Shown: positions 35,959-50,688, counted from the stretch's first letter. The stretch: DNA of 64,000 bases from Terriglobia bacterium (GCA_963663845.2 OY760650.2:3149509-3213508); one strand, 5' to 3'. Notes: generated by a model not told the origin, from the letters alone. Translations and numbers: made by a program.

Positions 35959-38475
35959 ATGACACCAGAACAAATCGGCGCGTGGCCAGGCAAATTGATC
36001 GACGGATGCACCCATCCCGCCCTTTGGCACATGCTCGACGTGGGCGCGGTGGCGGCCTGCCTGACCGACCGCAGGCCACTGATCGGGACCCGAAAAGCCG
36101 ACCGGGCGGCGTCTTTTCTTGTCGCCTTGCACGATCTCGGGAAGTTCAGCACTTCTTTTCGCGCCATGTTGCTTGGCCTGCCTTACACGGGCCTCAGGCA
36201 CTGGCAGCACAGCTATCGGCTGCTGTGCGATCATGACGGTCTCCTCTCCGACAGGCTGGGAGCGACAAAGGGCGTCCGGCGAATACTGTATGCCGCCGTC
36301 GCCGGGCATCATGGAGGCCCGCCGGAGCACCTGGACTATCGAAAGTCCGGGGATCAGGCCAAGCAGATCGGAGCCGAGGCCTCCCGAATTGCCGGCGAGG
36401 CCATCGAGGCTGTCGCGTCCCGGTTTCCCGGAGCCTCCCTGGAGGGAATGACGGAACCCGAAGCCCGGCGATTGTCGTGGGCATTGTCCGGTCTGACCGT
36501 TCAAGCGGACTGGATCGGCTCCAATTCGGAGTGGTTCGGTCCCCAGGGTCCCGAAACTCCAATTGTCATCTATTGGAAAAATGCCCTTGCCAGGGCGGAA
36601 GCCGCGATCGCCAAGGCCGGTTTGCATTCTGCCCGCCCGTCACCTGAGGGAACCGAAGTGGTTCTGCCTGCGTCCGCCGAGCTTCGTCCGATGCAGGCGG
36701 CCGCAGCGAAGATCGAATTGCCGGATGGACCTGTGCTCGCACTGATCGAAGATGCGACAGGCTCCGGCAAGACCGAGGCAGCGCTCATCCTTGCGTCTCG
36801 CATGATGGCGGCAGGCAAGGGGGATGGTTTCTTTTTCGCCCTCCCGACCATGGCGACGTCGAACGCCATGCTGGGGCGCCTGGAAGCTATCGCGCCGCGG
36901 CTATTCGATGGCCGGCCCTCTCTGGCGCTGACCCATGGAAGAGCCGGGATGCATGAACGGTTCCGCGAGATCCTGGGGCGCGACGGGTCCGACCCGGGCG
37001 GGGGACCGAGTTGCGGTTCGTGGCTGGCTAACGACCGCCGCCGGATTCTTCTGGCCGACATCGGAGTGGGGACTATCGACCAGGCGTTGATGGCGGTGCT
37101 GCCGACCCGTTTCAACACGCTACGCCTGCGGGCATTGTCAGGACACATTCTCATCGTCGATGAAGCCCACGAATTCGACCCCTACATGGAGGCCCAACTG
37201 CAGCGCTTGCTGCAGTTCCACGCCATGTTGGGCGGCTCCGTGATCGTCATGACGGCAACCTTGCCGTTGGGTATGCGGGCCGGCTATGCCAAGGCCTTTC
37301 AGCAGGGTCTCGGTCTCCGCAGATCTTGCGAGGTCGAGGGTCAGGCTTATCCAATGCTGAACGTCATCGGCCGAAGCATCGACAGCGTGGAACCCGATGC
37401 CGTTCCGGCCACCTGCCGCGACCTCGCCGTGCGGCGGCTGGAAGATGAAGACGCTGCCGTGCGGCTATTGCAAGCCGGCAGCCGAAAAGGGATGGCCTGC
37501 GTATGGATACGCAATTCCGTCAATGGCGCCATTGCTTCGGCCATGGCCCTGCGCGAAGCGGGGCTCCAGGTCGATGTCTTGCATGCACGGTTTACGGTGG
37601 CCGACCGGCTGAAACAAGAAGGCGCCGTTCAGAGGTGTTTCGGGCGGGATGGCTTCGGCAGGGCGGGAAGGGTGTTGGTGGCGACCCAGGTGGTCGAGGC
37701 TTCGCTGGATCTGGATTTCGACCTGATGGTCACCGATCTGGCCCCGATCGGGTCGCTGGTCCAGCGGGCTGGGCGTCTGTGGCGGCACATGGACCTGCGT
37801 CCGGCGTCGAAGCGTCCGTCGGCGGCGCCCGTTTTGCACGTTCTGTCGCCGGACCCGGATCGGGTGGACGGCGCGGACTGGATGAAGCGAGTCCTTGGGT
37901 CGGGAGCCCTGGTCTATCCTCAGGATGTGCAGTGGCGCACCGCCAGGGCGCTGTTCGATCAGGGGGTGATCCGCGCACCGGGCGGTTTGCGCGATTTGAT
38001 CGAGACGGTGCACGGAGATGAACTCCCCGAGGTGCCAGATGTGCTGCAGGGGTACGAGTTCGAAACGATCGGCCGGAAGATGACCGAGGCCCAGCAGGCC
38101 TTCAACCAGGTGCTCGACGCGGAGGACTCCTACGACCAACCCCAGATGCAGCGCGTCTTTGACGACGACCGGTTCCCGACGCGCCTGGGATTGCCGCAGG
38201 TGACGTTGCGGCTGGCTCGTGAAGAGAACGGGAAGCTGGTGCCGTGGTCGGGGGAAGACCTGTTCGGCTGGAGACTGTCCGAAGTACTGGTTTCGGCTGT
38301 GCGTTACCGGAACCTGGAAGGCGTGGACCAGGAGCGCCCGGAAATCAGAGTTGTGCTTGAGGACTGGCCGGATTGGATGCGGAAGCGGGGGGGCGTGGCT
38401 CCGGTCGAGGAGAGCGGAAAGATTTGCGACGGGTTGCAGTACAATAGCGATCTGGGAATTGTTTTCACGGAATGA
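35959..38475 (+). CDS. cas3: CRISPR-associated helicase/nuclease Cas3 (type I-E)
   Basis: HD domain 'HPALWHMLDVGAVA...LHDLGKFS', helicase motif I 'DATGSGKTEAAL', motif II 'VDEAHEF'. The track ORF starts at 35878; ATG 35959 fits the usual N-terminus. Confidence 0.93.
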   Translation: MTPEQIGAWPGKLIDGCTHPALWHMLDVGAVAACLTDRRPLIGTRKADRAASFLVALHDLGKFSTSFRAMLLGLPYTGLRHWQHSYRLLCDHDGLLSDRLGATKGVRRILYAAVAGHHGGPPEHLDYRKSGDQAKQIGAEASRIAGEAIEAVASRFPGASLEGMTEPEARRLSWALSGLTVQADWIGSNSEWFGPQGPETPIVIYWKNALARAEAAIAKAGLHSARPSPEGTEVVLPASAELRPMQAAAAKIELPDGPVLALIEDATGSGKTEAALILASRMMAAGKGDGFFFALPTMATSNAMLGRLEAIAPRLFDGRPSLALTHGRAGMHERFREILGRDGSDPGGGPSCGSWLANDRRRILLADIGVGTIDQALMAVLPTRFNTLRLRALSGHILIVDEAHEFDPYMEAQLQRLLQFHAMLGGSVIVMTATLPLGMRAGYAKAFQQGLGLRRSCEVEGQAYPMLNVIGRSIDSVEPDAVPATCRDLAVRRLEDEDAAVRLLQAGSRKGMACVWIRNSVNGAIASAMALREAGLQVDVLHARFTVADRLKQEGAVQRCFGRDGFGRAGRVLVATQVVEASLDLDFDLMVTDLAPIGSLVQRAGRLWRHMDLRPASKRPSAAPVLHVLSPDPDRVDGADWMKRVLGSGALVYPQDVQWRTARALFDQGVIRAPGGLRDLIETVHGDELPEVPDVLQGYEFETIGRKMTEAQQAFNQVLDAEDSYDQPQMQRVFDDDRFPTRLGLPQVTLRLAREENGKLVPWSGEDLFGWRLSEVLVSAVRYRNLEGVDQERPEIRVVLEDWPDWMRKRGGVAPVEESGKICDGLQYNSDLGIVFTE

Positions 38476-38490
38476 CGTGCGAAGCCTGAC

Positions 38491-39975
38491 GTGGCAGCCA
38501 TGCTGAACCTTATCTCCGACCCCTGGATTCCAGTCCTTCGCCGTTCCGGATGCGACACCATCCGTCCAGACCAGATCGCCGAACCCGATGTCCTTCGTCC
38601 CGACTGGCCTCGCCCCGATCTCAACCTCGCCTGCTATGAGCTGCTCATCGGTCTGGTATACCTTGCACATCCGCCCAACGGCAGCGACGACCGTGCCAAC
38701 CCTCCGGACGCCGCCTCGCTCCGGGCGGCCATGAAACCCCTGGCGCCGGCCTTCAACCTGTTGGGCAATGGCCCGCGCTTCCTGCAGGACCTGGAGCCGC
38801 TGGAAGGTGAGGGGAATCCTCCGGATATGCTGTTCATCGACAGTGCGGGTGAGAGTACGGCCAGGAAAAACGCCGACCTGATGGTGCGCCGAGGGCGCTA
38901 TCCGGCGCTACCGTTGCCGCTGGCGGCCATGGCGCTCTACACGCTGCAGGCCTTCGCGCCGGCCGGCGGCGCGGGGAATCGCACCTCCATGCGCGGCGGA
39001 GGTCCGATGGTGACCCTCGTGAAGCCAGCCGAAGAAGGACTATGGCCGCTGGTTTGGGCGAACGTGCCGCAAGGCCCGTCCTTGGAGCCGCGCGACCTTG
39101 AAGCATTGCCATGGATGAGATTTACCGAAACCTCCAAGCCTGTCGGTAAGAAGCCCCGGGTCACAGTGCCCGCCAGCGACAGCCAATCAAGGATCGACCC
39201 CGAGGTGTTTTTTGGCCAGCCCCGCAGATTGTGCTTGGTGGCCCGGGATGGCGCGGTGACACAAGTCATTCAGGAACCGTGGGGCACGAACTACCAGCAC
39301 TGGCGTCATCCGCTGACGCCCTACTACAGAAAGGACGACGAGTTCTTGCCGCGTCATCCCAAGCCGGGAAGTTTCGGCTATCGAAACTGGCGAGGAGTGA
39401 TCCTTCAGAGTGACAGCGGTCTGCGGCCGCGGACGCTGGAGCAGTATCTGCGCGATATTGAATGGGCGCACTGCAGCCTGATCGTGGCGGGCTGGGCGAT
39501 GAAGAACATGAATCCGCTCGATTTCCTCTGGTCGGAACAGCCCGTGTTCACCCTGTCCAAGGACGACGAAAGTCGCGCCGAGGCGTCGGTGGAAGCATCC
39601 GAACAGGCCGGCTTCGCGGTGGCAGTCTGCGTAGAAGACGGCGTCGGGGATGGCGATGTAAAATCGGGCGCCGGCCAACGAGCGCGGGAGGCGTTTTTTG
39701 CCGAGACGCAAGGTCCGTTCGAAGAGATGCTCGCATCAATGTCGGCAGGTGAACCCTTCGTACCGGGGGAATGGGTCAAGACGCTCCGACGGGCGGCGCT
39801 GCCGATCTTTGACCGGGAGGTCTTGCCGGGGCTGGCGGACCTTGCAGACACCCGCCGAGACGATGCCATCAGGGCGCGATCGAAACTGAAGGCTGCCTTC
39901 GAAGGGCGGCCACCTTTCGGAAAGAAGATCTTCGATCCGCTTGGGTTGGAGAGGCCGTCCAGGCCGTCTGGATAG
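38491..39975 (+). CDS. cas8e: Cascade large subunit Cse1/Cas8e (CasA)
   Basis: 494 aa. 'MLNLISDPWIPVLR...RPDLNLACYELLIGLVYL'. Position directly after cas3. Confidence 0.88.
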   Translation: MAAMLNLISDPWIPVLRRSGCDTIRPDQIAEPDVLRPDWPRPDLNLACYELLIGLVYLAHPPNGSDDRANPPDAASLRAAMKPLAPAFNLLGNGPRFLQDLEPLEGEGNPPDMLFIDSAGESTARKNADLMVRRGRYPALPLPLAAMALYTLQAFAPAGGAGNRTSMRGGGPMVTLVKPAEEGLWPLVWANVPQGPSLEPRDLEALPWMRFTETSKPVGKKPRVTVPASDSQSRIDPEVFFGQPRRLCLVARDGAVTQVIQEPWGTNYQHWRHPLTPYYRKDDEFLPRHPKPGSFGYRNWRGVILQSDSGLRPRTLEQYLRDIEWAHCSLIVAGWAMKNMNPLDFLWSEQPVFTLSKDDESRAEASVEASEQAGFAVAVCVEDGVGDGDVKSGAGQRAREAFFAETQGPFEEMLASMSAGEPFVPGEWVKTLRRAALPIFDREVLPGLADLADTRRDDAIRARSKLKAAFEGRPPFGKKIFDPLGLERPSRPSG

Positions 39976-39988
39976 GCAGGGAGGACGC

Positions 39989-42270
<2,282 letters not shown>

Positions 42271-42274
<4 letters not shown>

Positions 42275-42968
42275 CACTCTATCTCTCACGGCTGACGCTG
42301 AACCGGGAGGCTCCGGCCGCGGCGCTGTTGCCCCTGCTGAACCCACGGGAGCCGGGAATGGCGGCGGACGCTCATCACCGGCTGATCTGGTCGGTCTTTG
42401 CCGACAGCGCGGACCGCCGGCGGGATTTCCTCTGGCGGCATGACGGGCAGGGCCGCTTCTACACGCTTTCAAGACGGCAGCCGCAATCGAGCAGCCTCTT
42501 CAACCCGCCCGAGAGCAAGGCCTTCAATCCGGTTCTTCGTACGGGCGATCGGCTGCAATTCACCTTGCGGGCCAATGCCACCAAGGACCGCGCAGCCGTC
42601 AGCCGGATGGAGAAGTCCGCCAGGCGCGGCAAGAGCCGGCGGGTGGATGTGGTGATGGACCTCCTGCGGTCCGCGCCCGAGAACGGAAAGCGTGGAGCCA
42701 TCCGGGACCGCACGGCACAAGCCGCGGCCGAGGCCTGGATGGCCCGGCAGGGAACCGCCCGGGGATTCGAACCGAGAATGACCTTGGTGGAAGGCTATTC
42801 CACTATAGAGTTGGGCCGCAGGCGTCGTGAGGGAGCCACGTTCGGCATTCTCGACCTGACGGGGATCCTTGCCGTGACCGACCCGGAGGCGTTCCTGGCT
42901 GCGCTGGCGACGGGATTCGGCCGAGCCAAGGCCTGGGGCTGCGGGCTCATGTTGATCCGTCGGGCAAG

Positions 42969-42972
<4 letters not shown>
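42271..42972 (+). CDS. cas6: Cas6e (CasE) pre-crRNA endoribonuclease
   Basis: 'MTLYLSRLTLNRE...', C-terminal 'GFGRAKAWGCGLMLI'. Position fits the I-E gene order. Confidence 0.9.
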
Positions 42973-44175
<1,203 letters not shown>

Positions 44176-44271
44176 TAGTGGGGGTTACAATTACCTTCGC
44201 GGGCATGGGTAATCTTGGTAGCAATCAACGCAACCTACAACTCTCTGCACATCAATAACATGGAGATTAGT
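44176..44271 (+). promoter_or_regulatory. leader of CRISPR array 1
   Basis: 96-nt comparatively AT-rich segment between the cas2 stop and the first repeat. No promoter hexamers confidently identified. Confidence 0.6.
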
Positions 44272-47200
44272 CTGTTCCCCGCAGGCGCGGGGATGAACCG
44301 CCGGGCTTTCTGGGGAACCCGGCCTGCGTGGACTGTTCCCCGCAGGCGCGGGGATGAACCGGGCTACGGTCCCTGAAGATGTGAAACTCTACACTGTTCC
44401 CCGCAGGCGCGGGGATGAACCGGTTCGGTGCGGCAGGGTACGGTGCGGCGGGGCCTGTTCCCCGCAGGCGCGGGGATGAACCGCTTTCCGCGTTGCTCCG
44501 CGATACCGTCGGCGACTGTTCCCCGCAGGCGCGGGGATGAACCGTACCGCAGGCCGTTTCTCTTTCCGTATCAGCTCTGTTCCCCGCAGGCGCGGGGATG
44601 AACCGATCCGGAACCGGGTCGGCGGGGTCGGCGAGCTCTGTTCCCCGCAGGCGCGGGGATGAACCGATGCTGATCGACGCCACAAAGGACGATGACGACT
44701 GTTCCCCGCAGGCGCGGGGATGAACCGGAGGCGAGGAAGAGAGCAGCGCCCGGTTCTTCCTGTTCCCCGCAGGCGCGGGGATGAACCGTCGACGAAGCCC
44801 TGGCCACCACGGTCGAGGGCCTGTTCCCCGCAGGCGCGGGGATGAACCGTACCGGGCAACGATCCCGCCGGTCGATCAGCTCTGTTCCCCGCAGGCGCGG
44901 GGATGAACCGGACCAGGTGGGCCGCGACGTCTCGCGTCTCGACTGTTCCCCGCAGGCGCGGGGATGAACCGTCTGGATACAGTGGTTGTGATGCCGCGCG
45001 ACACTGTTCCCCGCAGGCGCGGGGATGAACCGTCGGCGACCGCTCAGGGGCTGTATTTTGGAGCCTGTTCCCCGCAGGCGCGGGGATGAACCGGCGGCCT
45101 CCCCGGTGTCGACCTAAGAGGGGTTCTGTTCCCCGCAGGCGCGGGGATGAACCGCCTATGCCCTCACGGACTGGGTGCGCTATTCGCTGTTCCCCGCAGG
45201 CGCGGGGATGAACCGGTACGGAGATGCTCGCGCTCCTGCCGGCGAAGCTGTTCCCCGCAGGCGCGGGGATGAACCGGCGCTGGAGGGGCTGAAATACCAG
45301 CTGACGAACTGTTCCCCGCAGGCGCGGGGATGAACCTCTGGTCGACCGGCTGCCGCGCTTTCGCTGCGGCTGTTCCCCGCAGGCGCGGGGATGAACCGGC
45401 TTCCTCGTGTCCAGCAAGTGCCACTCGGTGCTGTTCCCCGCAGGCGCGGGGATGAACCGAGGCTGGCGGCATGACCGAGCTCGGATGTGGCCTGTTCCCC
45501 GCAGGCGCGGGGATGAACCGGAGGCAGAACATGCAAACTGCTGAAAACGAAACTGTTCCCCGCAGGCGCGGGGATGAACCGCCGTCCGGCACTTCATTCT
45601 TGAAGGACTTGCGCTGTTCCCCGCAGGCGCGGGGATGAACCGGTCCATTGATGAATGTCCGGCTAACCCACATCCTGTTCCCCGCAGGCGCGGGGATGAA
45701 CCTAGGTGACGGACTGGTCCGCGAGGGCCTGCGGTCTGTTCCCCGCAGGCGCGGGGATGAACCGCCCAGCTTCAGGTTTTCGAGCTTCGTGAATTCCTGT
45801 TCCCCGCAGGCGCGGGGATGAACCGTGTTCCATCCCGAGGAACTGACCTTTTGGAACCTGTTCCCCGCAGGCGCGGGGATGAACCGTCCGCGACCATCCG
45901 TTCGGGGTCCCACACGCCCTGTTCCCCGCAGGCGCGGGGATGAACCGGATTGGCGAGCGTCGCGCCATTCGGGTTCGGTCTGTTCCCCGCAGGCGCGGGG
46001 ATGAACCGTCGGTGACCGTGTAGGTGACGGTGACTTGGCCCTGTTCCCCGCAGGCGCGGGGATGAACCGGTGCTGGCTCAAGACTGATTTTTGTTTGGTA
46101 GCTGTTCCCCGCAGGCGCGGGGATGAACCGGCCCTGGACAGAGCCCTTATCTGGATGACATTCTGTTCCCCGCAGGCGCGGGGATGAACCGATTTTGAAC
46201 TCTTAGCCTCTGGAAACTCTGTCCTGTTCCCCGCAGGCGCGGGGATGAACCGACTTTTCCGCATCACTGCCTCGATGACATCGACTGTTCCCCGCAGGCG
46301 CGGGGATGAACCGAGATTCAGCGCATGGCTCAGGAGATCGATCTCCTGTTCCCCGCAGGCGCGGGGATGAACCGGGTTGTTCTGTCTGGTGAAGCAGGCT
46401 GCAGCGCTGTTCCCCGCAGGCGCGGGGATGAACCGGTGAACCCAAATGGCGGCCCAATAGCCGAACACTGTTCCCCGCAGGCGCGGGGATGAACCGAACA
46501 ACCCCTTCGCCCGCCCCACCCCCGGGGCCTGTTCCCCGCAGGCGCGGGGATGAACCGTCACGAAAGGGGCTGGGGCGCTTGAAGCCGCCCTGTTCCCCGC
46601 AGGCGCGGGGATGAACCGCCCTTGTGATAGGGGCAAATCAGCAGCCCCTTCTGTTCCCCGCAGGCGCGGGGATGAACCGTCCCTCGAGGTAGACGAGGCG
46701 GTGAGTTTCGCCTGTTCCCCGCAGGCGCGGGGATGAACCGCACTTGATCAGGAAAGTGCTCCGGTCGCCGGGCTGTTCCCCGCAGGCGCGGGGATGAACC
46801 GTTTGATCTCCAGGGGCAGCCGCAGGACCCGAGCTGTTCCCCGCAGGCGCGGGGATGAACCGTCTCCACGGCTGACCGGCGGGCGGGGGCGTGCCTGTTC
46901 CCCGCAGGCGCGGGGATGAACCGGCTTCGACCGATCAATCCCAGCAACGCCGGGGCTGTTCCCCGCAGGCGCGGGGATGAACCGCCGGCCGAGGCGATCT
47001 ATACCGACCGGATGCGCTGTTCCCCGCAGGCGCGGGGATGAACCGGTGGCCACCCACCCCCGCTTTCTCGACCGCGGCTGTTCCCCGCAGGCGCGGGGAT
47101 GAACCGCTGAGAATTGGTTGAAGATTCAGCTCCACGGACTGTTCCCCGCAGGCGCGGGGATGAACCGTTGGGAGCCGCGCTCAGCTTCCGGAGGATATCC

Positions 47201-48387
47201 TGTTCCCCGCAGGCGCGGGGATGAACCGCTGGAAATCGACCAAATGCCGAAGGAGGCGATCTGTTCCCCGCAGGCGCGGGGATGAACCGCGTCAACCGTG
47301 GGGCGGAATCCGCTTCCCGGTCTGTTCCCCGCAGGCGCGGGGATGAACCGGTCAAGACCGTTCCCATCGACCTGATTACCCCCTGTTCCCCGCAGGCGCG
47401 GGGATGAACCGTAGGCGGGTAGGCGGGTAGGCGGGTAGGCGGGCTGTTCCCCGCAGGCGCGGGGATGAACCGGCAGATATCAGCGCGTCGAGCCCGTGGT
47501 CCACCTGTTCCCCGCAGGCGCGGGGATGAACCGCGGTGCAACGTTGGCAGTCTGGCGGCGTTGAACTGTTCCCCGCAGGCGCGGGGATGAACCGGCTGTC
47601 GGAGCGCATCTCGCAGATCGAGAGCACTGTTCCCCGCAGGCGCGGGGATGAACCGCTGGTCAACGCGCTGCTGAGCGACGGAGAGGACTGTTCCCCGCAG
47701 GCGCGGGGATGAACCGGGCTGTTTCCCTTCATGCCGCAAACCGATAATCTGTTCCCCGCAGGCGCGGGGATGAACCGTAGGGGGCCGTCCCGGCCGCCGC
47801 CGCTAAGTCCTGTTCCCCGCAGGCGCGGGGATGAACCGAGCGTGTGGGATTGGGCGGGGTGGCTCCAGGGCTGTTCCCCGCAGGCGCGGGGATGAACCGA
47901 CTGTGCATTCTAGTCACGGGGCGGGTGTGGTCTGTTCCCCGCAGGCGCGGGGATGAACCGTTGGTCTATACCCTGCGGACGGACGCCTCGAACTGTTCCC
48001 CGCAGGCGCGGGGATGAACCGTCGTTTGATAGGGCTGGGATTCCTGGGTTTGACTGTTCCCCGCAGGCGCGGGGATGAACCGACGGCGATCCCCTACGAG
48101 GAATTCGCCGAGGTCTGTTCCCCGCAGGCGCGGGGATGAACCGCGCGGCTGATGCGCGACACCGCTACCCGCGAGCTGTTCCCCGCAGGCGCGGGGATGA
48201 ACCGCGGGCCGGGCGGCGGCGGGGTAGCGGGCCGTACTGTTCCCCGCAGGCGCGGGGATGAACCGGAGCCCTCCGCGACTTCGGCCAGCAGTGGCTCCTG
48301 TTCCCCGCAGGCGCGGGGATGAACCGCCCTTGACGTTTCAGGAACGGCTCGGTAGTGACTGTTCCCCGCAGGCGCGGGGATGAACCG
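44272..48387 (+). CRISPR. type I-E CRISPR array 1: 68 repeats of 29 bp, 67 spacers of 32 bp
   Basis: Repeat CTGTTCCCCGCAGGCGCGGGGATGAACCG. The 61-bp period was checked at several points (44272, 45309, 46590, 47383, 48359). Orientation matches the canonical I-E repeat, which ends in AACCG. Confidence 0.98.
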
Positions 48388-48593
48388 GGAGCTGTTTCTG
48401 CTCAGCTTCCACCGGGTGCGGAAGAGAGACGTGGCGGCCACCCGGAGATCGGGCAAGACGCTGCGGAAATAGCGACAGGGCCGCCCGAAGACGGCCCTGC
48501 TTGCCGGGATTTACAGCGTTCGCCCAGAGCGCTCCCGGCCGGCGCTGAGAGCAATATAGCACGAAAATGGCGAAAGAGGCGTGTGGCCAACAC

Positions 48594-50688
48594 CCAGGGG
48601 GATTTCACGCTGGAGTTCGGAGTGGGATGGTCAGAGGGGATTGCCAGAGGGATTGGAGGACGGACCAGTCGCAGGAGAGGATGTGGAGGGGAGGTGCGCC
48701 CGGAAGGGATGGCGATCGGAGTCAGCGACTGTCGCCTGCGGGCGATGGAGATGGACGGGTGGGGAGGCGTCTGGAGGTGCCGGCGCCGAGGAAGCCATCC
48801 GGACAGGGAGCGGGGGCGATCAGGTCGGCGAGAGAATGGCGTCGAGGGCGTCTTGGCGGCGCATCATGAAGTGCAGGTTCGCTTCGGGCACGTAGTGGAA
48901 GCCGCGGTGAAAGACGATGGCGAGTGCGATGTTGTTGAGGGTGGCGTTGTTGGCGGGGGCGTGGCGTGCGCGCAGGCGGCTGGCGTCCTCGCCGAGGCTG
49001 GTGTCGCGGCGATAGTGGTTGGCGTTCTCCACCGCCCAGTGGCCGCGGTTCCAGGTCAGGAGTTGCTCCGGGCTGGCCCGCTCGGCGCTCACCGAGGTGA
49101 TGGCGTAGACGGTCTCGGTGGTGGTCTCGCCGGTACTCAGGTCGGTGCGCTCGCGGATGACGCGCATCGCTTGGCGCGCCTTCTCGAAGTTCAAGAAGCG
49201 GCCGGGCAGGGTGAAGGCGTCGAGGCGGCGCCTCTCAATGCGCCCGTGGCCCTTCTCGGGCCCCGCGCCGTGATGGCGCACCTCGGGCGCGTTCCAGTCC
49301 AGCGTGGCGAGCGCCTCGGAAGTGTCCGGGCAATTGCCCTTGACGGTGAGCAGATACTCGGCACGGTGGATGTCCACGATCACACGTTCGGTGTCACGGG
49401 TCGTGTGCAGAGCATCCAGGGTGATGACGCACCCGCGCACATTGACGTCTTCCAGCAGCGCCCTTGTGGCCGCGATCTCCCCGCCTTCGTCACGGCAGCA
49501 GCGGCTGGCGAGTGGCCGCCCATCGTGGGTGACCAGGGTGACCGTTTCGAAGTACACCCCCTTGCCGGCGTGGCGGTTGGCGCCCCGAATGCGCTTGCCG
49601 TCGGCGGCGATCGCAGGCGAGGGGCCTCGCACCACACCACGCGGCACCGCCCATCGGCGCAACACCTCCTGCAAGGCGTCGGGATCGGTATCGGCAAGCA
49701 CCCGGCACAGCGTCGAGTCCGACGGGGCGACCCAACGCCCGGCCTTGGGGTCGTACCATGCCCCCAGCGCGCGCAACTCCTCCTGGCTCAAGCGCTGGGC
49801 GAAACGCTCCATCGCCGACGGCCCCGAGACCCCGGCCATCCGCGCCAGCGCGCACACCGAAAGGACCGTATCGAGCTTGTGCTTCATCCCCTGGCCGCGA
49901 CGACAATCCGGCATCTCCCCGAACAGTTCGCGCAGCGAGCGCAACTCCTCGCGCGTATACCTCAACGGCGTCGCCCGGCACGTCCACTCCTTGCGGTCCA
50001 CCGGGTTCGCCAAGCGCTCCCGTGCATCACGGCGCAACGGGCGCACCAACATCTCCTTCCGCACCTCGTGCGGGTCGGTATAGGCGCCGTTGTGGCGCGC
50101 AAATCCCTTCGTGCGCCCCACCCGCACCCAGTTGGAGGCGTCATAGGCGCCGCCGTGAAACCGCGAGGGGTCCACGAACGTCTCCGCAAGCTCCAGCGGA
50201 TGCCCGTAGGCCGTCTCCCAGTCCGCGCTCAAACGCCTCAGACTGCGCCCCAACACCCGCGACGCCAAGTTCTTGATTCCCCCCGCCTCCGGCAGAATCA
50301 GAAACCGCGTGTTGTTCCCAATCAGATGCAACCGCCGGAACTGCACCGACCGGTGCCAGCCCAGCCACCGGTCCCGCGGCGCGCACTTGAACGCCCCCGA
50401 CTGCCAACCCACCAGCGCCAGCCAGTGCCCCCGCCACACCGCGACGTGCCGCAGCCCCCGGCCTGCAAATTGCCGGAACCCCAGGTAGTGGTGCCCGTCC
50501 ATCAGTGCGTCCCAGCGCCGCCGCTCGTCCGGCCGTGCCAGCCTGACTTCCACTTCCCCTATCACCACCTGCGACCTGTCGAACCCATCCGCCATGCCCC
50601 CTTTATATCCGAATCTCTCCCAAAAAGCCAGCCCCCTGTACAACTATCCTAATGTCACCCTCTTGCCGCTAGCGTGAAATAGCCCTGG
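48594..50688 (-). mobile_element. ISAs1-family-like insertion sequence, element 1 (2095 bp)
   Basis: Terminal inverted repeats CCAGGGGGATTTCACGCT (48594-) and AGCGTGAAATAGCCCTGG (-50688). 8-bp direct duplication GCCAACAC at 48586-48593 and 50689-50696. Confidence 0.8.
48820..50595 (-). CDS. fusion transposase: N-terminal DUF4338-like domain plus ISAs1-type DDE domain
   Basis: N-terminus 'HHYLGF...LRHVAV...WLALVGWQSGAFKCAPRDRWLGW...RLHLIGNNTRFLILP...NLASRVL...ETFVDPSRF.G..Y.ASNW'. C-terminus 'KGHGRIERR', 'GHWAVENANHYRRDTSLGEDASRLR'. The track ORF extends to 50643. Confidence 0.8.
   Translation of the reverse strand: MADGFDRSQVVIGEVEVRLARPDERRRWDALMDGHHYLGFRQFAGRGLRHVAVWRGHWLALVGWQSGAFKCAPRDRWLGWHRSVQFRRLHLIGNNTRFLILPEAGGIKNLASRVLGRSLRRLSADWETAYGHPLELAETFVDPSRFHGGAYDASNWVRVGRTKGFARHNGAYTDPHEVRKEMLVRPLRRDARERLANPVDRKEWTCRATPLRYTREELRSLRELFGEMPDCRRGQGMKHKLDTVLSVCALARMAGVSGPSAMERFAQRLSQEELRALGAWYDPKAGRWVAPSDSTLCRVLADTDPDALQEVLRRWAVPRGVVRGPSPAIAADGKRIRGANRHAGKGVYFETVTLVTHDGRPLASRCCRDEGGEIAATRALLEDVNVRGCVITLDALHTTRDTERVIVDIHRAEYLLTVKGNCPDTSEALATLDWNAPEVRHHGAGPEKGHGRIERRRLDAFTLPGRFLNFEKARQAMRVIRERTDLSTGETTTETVYAITSVSAERASPEQLLTWNRGHWAVENANHYRRDTSLGEDASRLRARHAPANNATLNNIALAIVFHRGFHYVPEANLHFMMRRQDALDAILSPT

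Noticed and set aside
46081-46112. Spacer 30 (GTGCTGGCTCAAGACTGATTTTTGTTTGGTAG) shares CAAGACTG and ATTTTTGTT with the left end of ISAs1-like element 2 (50711-50728).
   Set aside because: The two words occur in the opposite order in the IS, so there is no contiguous protospacer. 8-9-mer matches are expected by chance at this scale.
44267-48562. Many ORFs across the CRISPR arrays (for example 44389..45648, 45164..46636, 46999..47739, 52795..53376) with recurring 'SSPRLRGT', 'FIPAPAGN' and 'VHPRACGEQ'.
   Set aside because: The recurring peptides are the three-frame translations of the reverse-complemented 29-bp repeat at a 61-bp period. They are not proteins.
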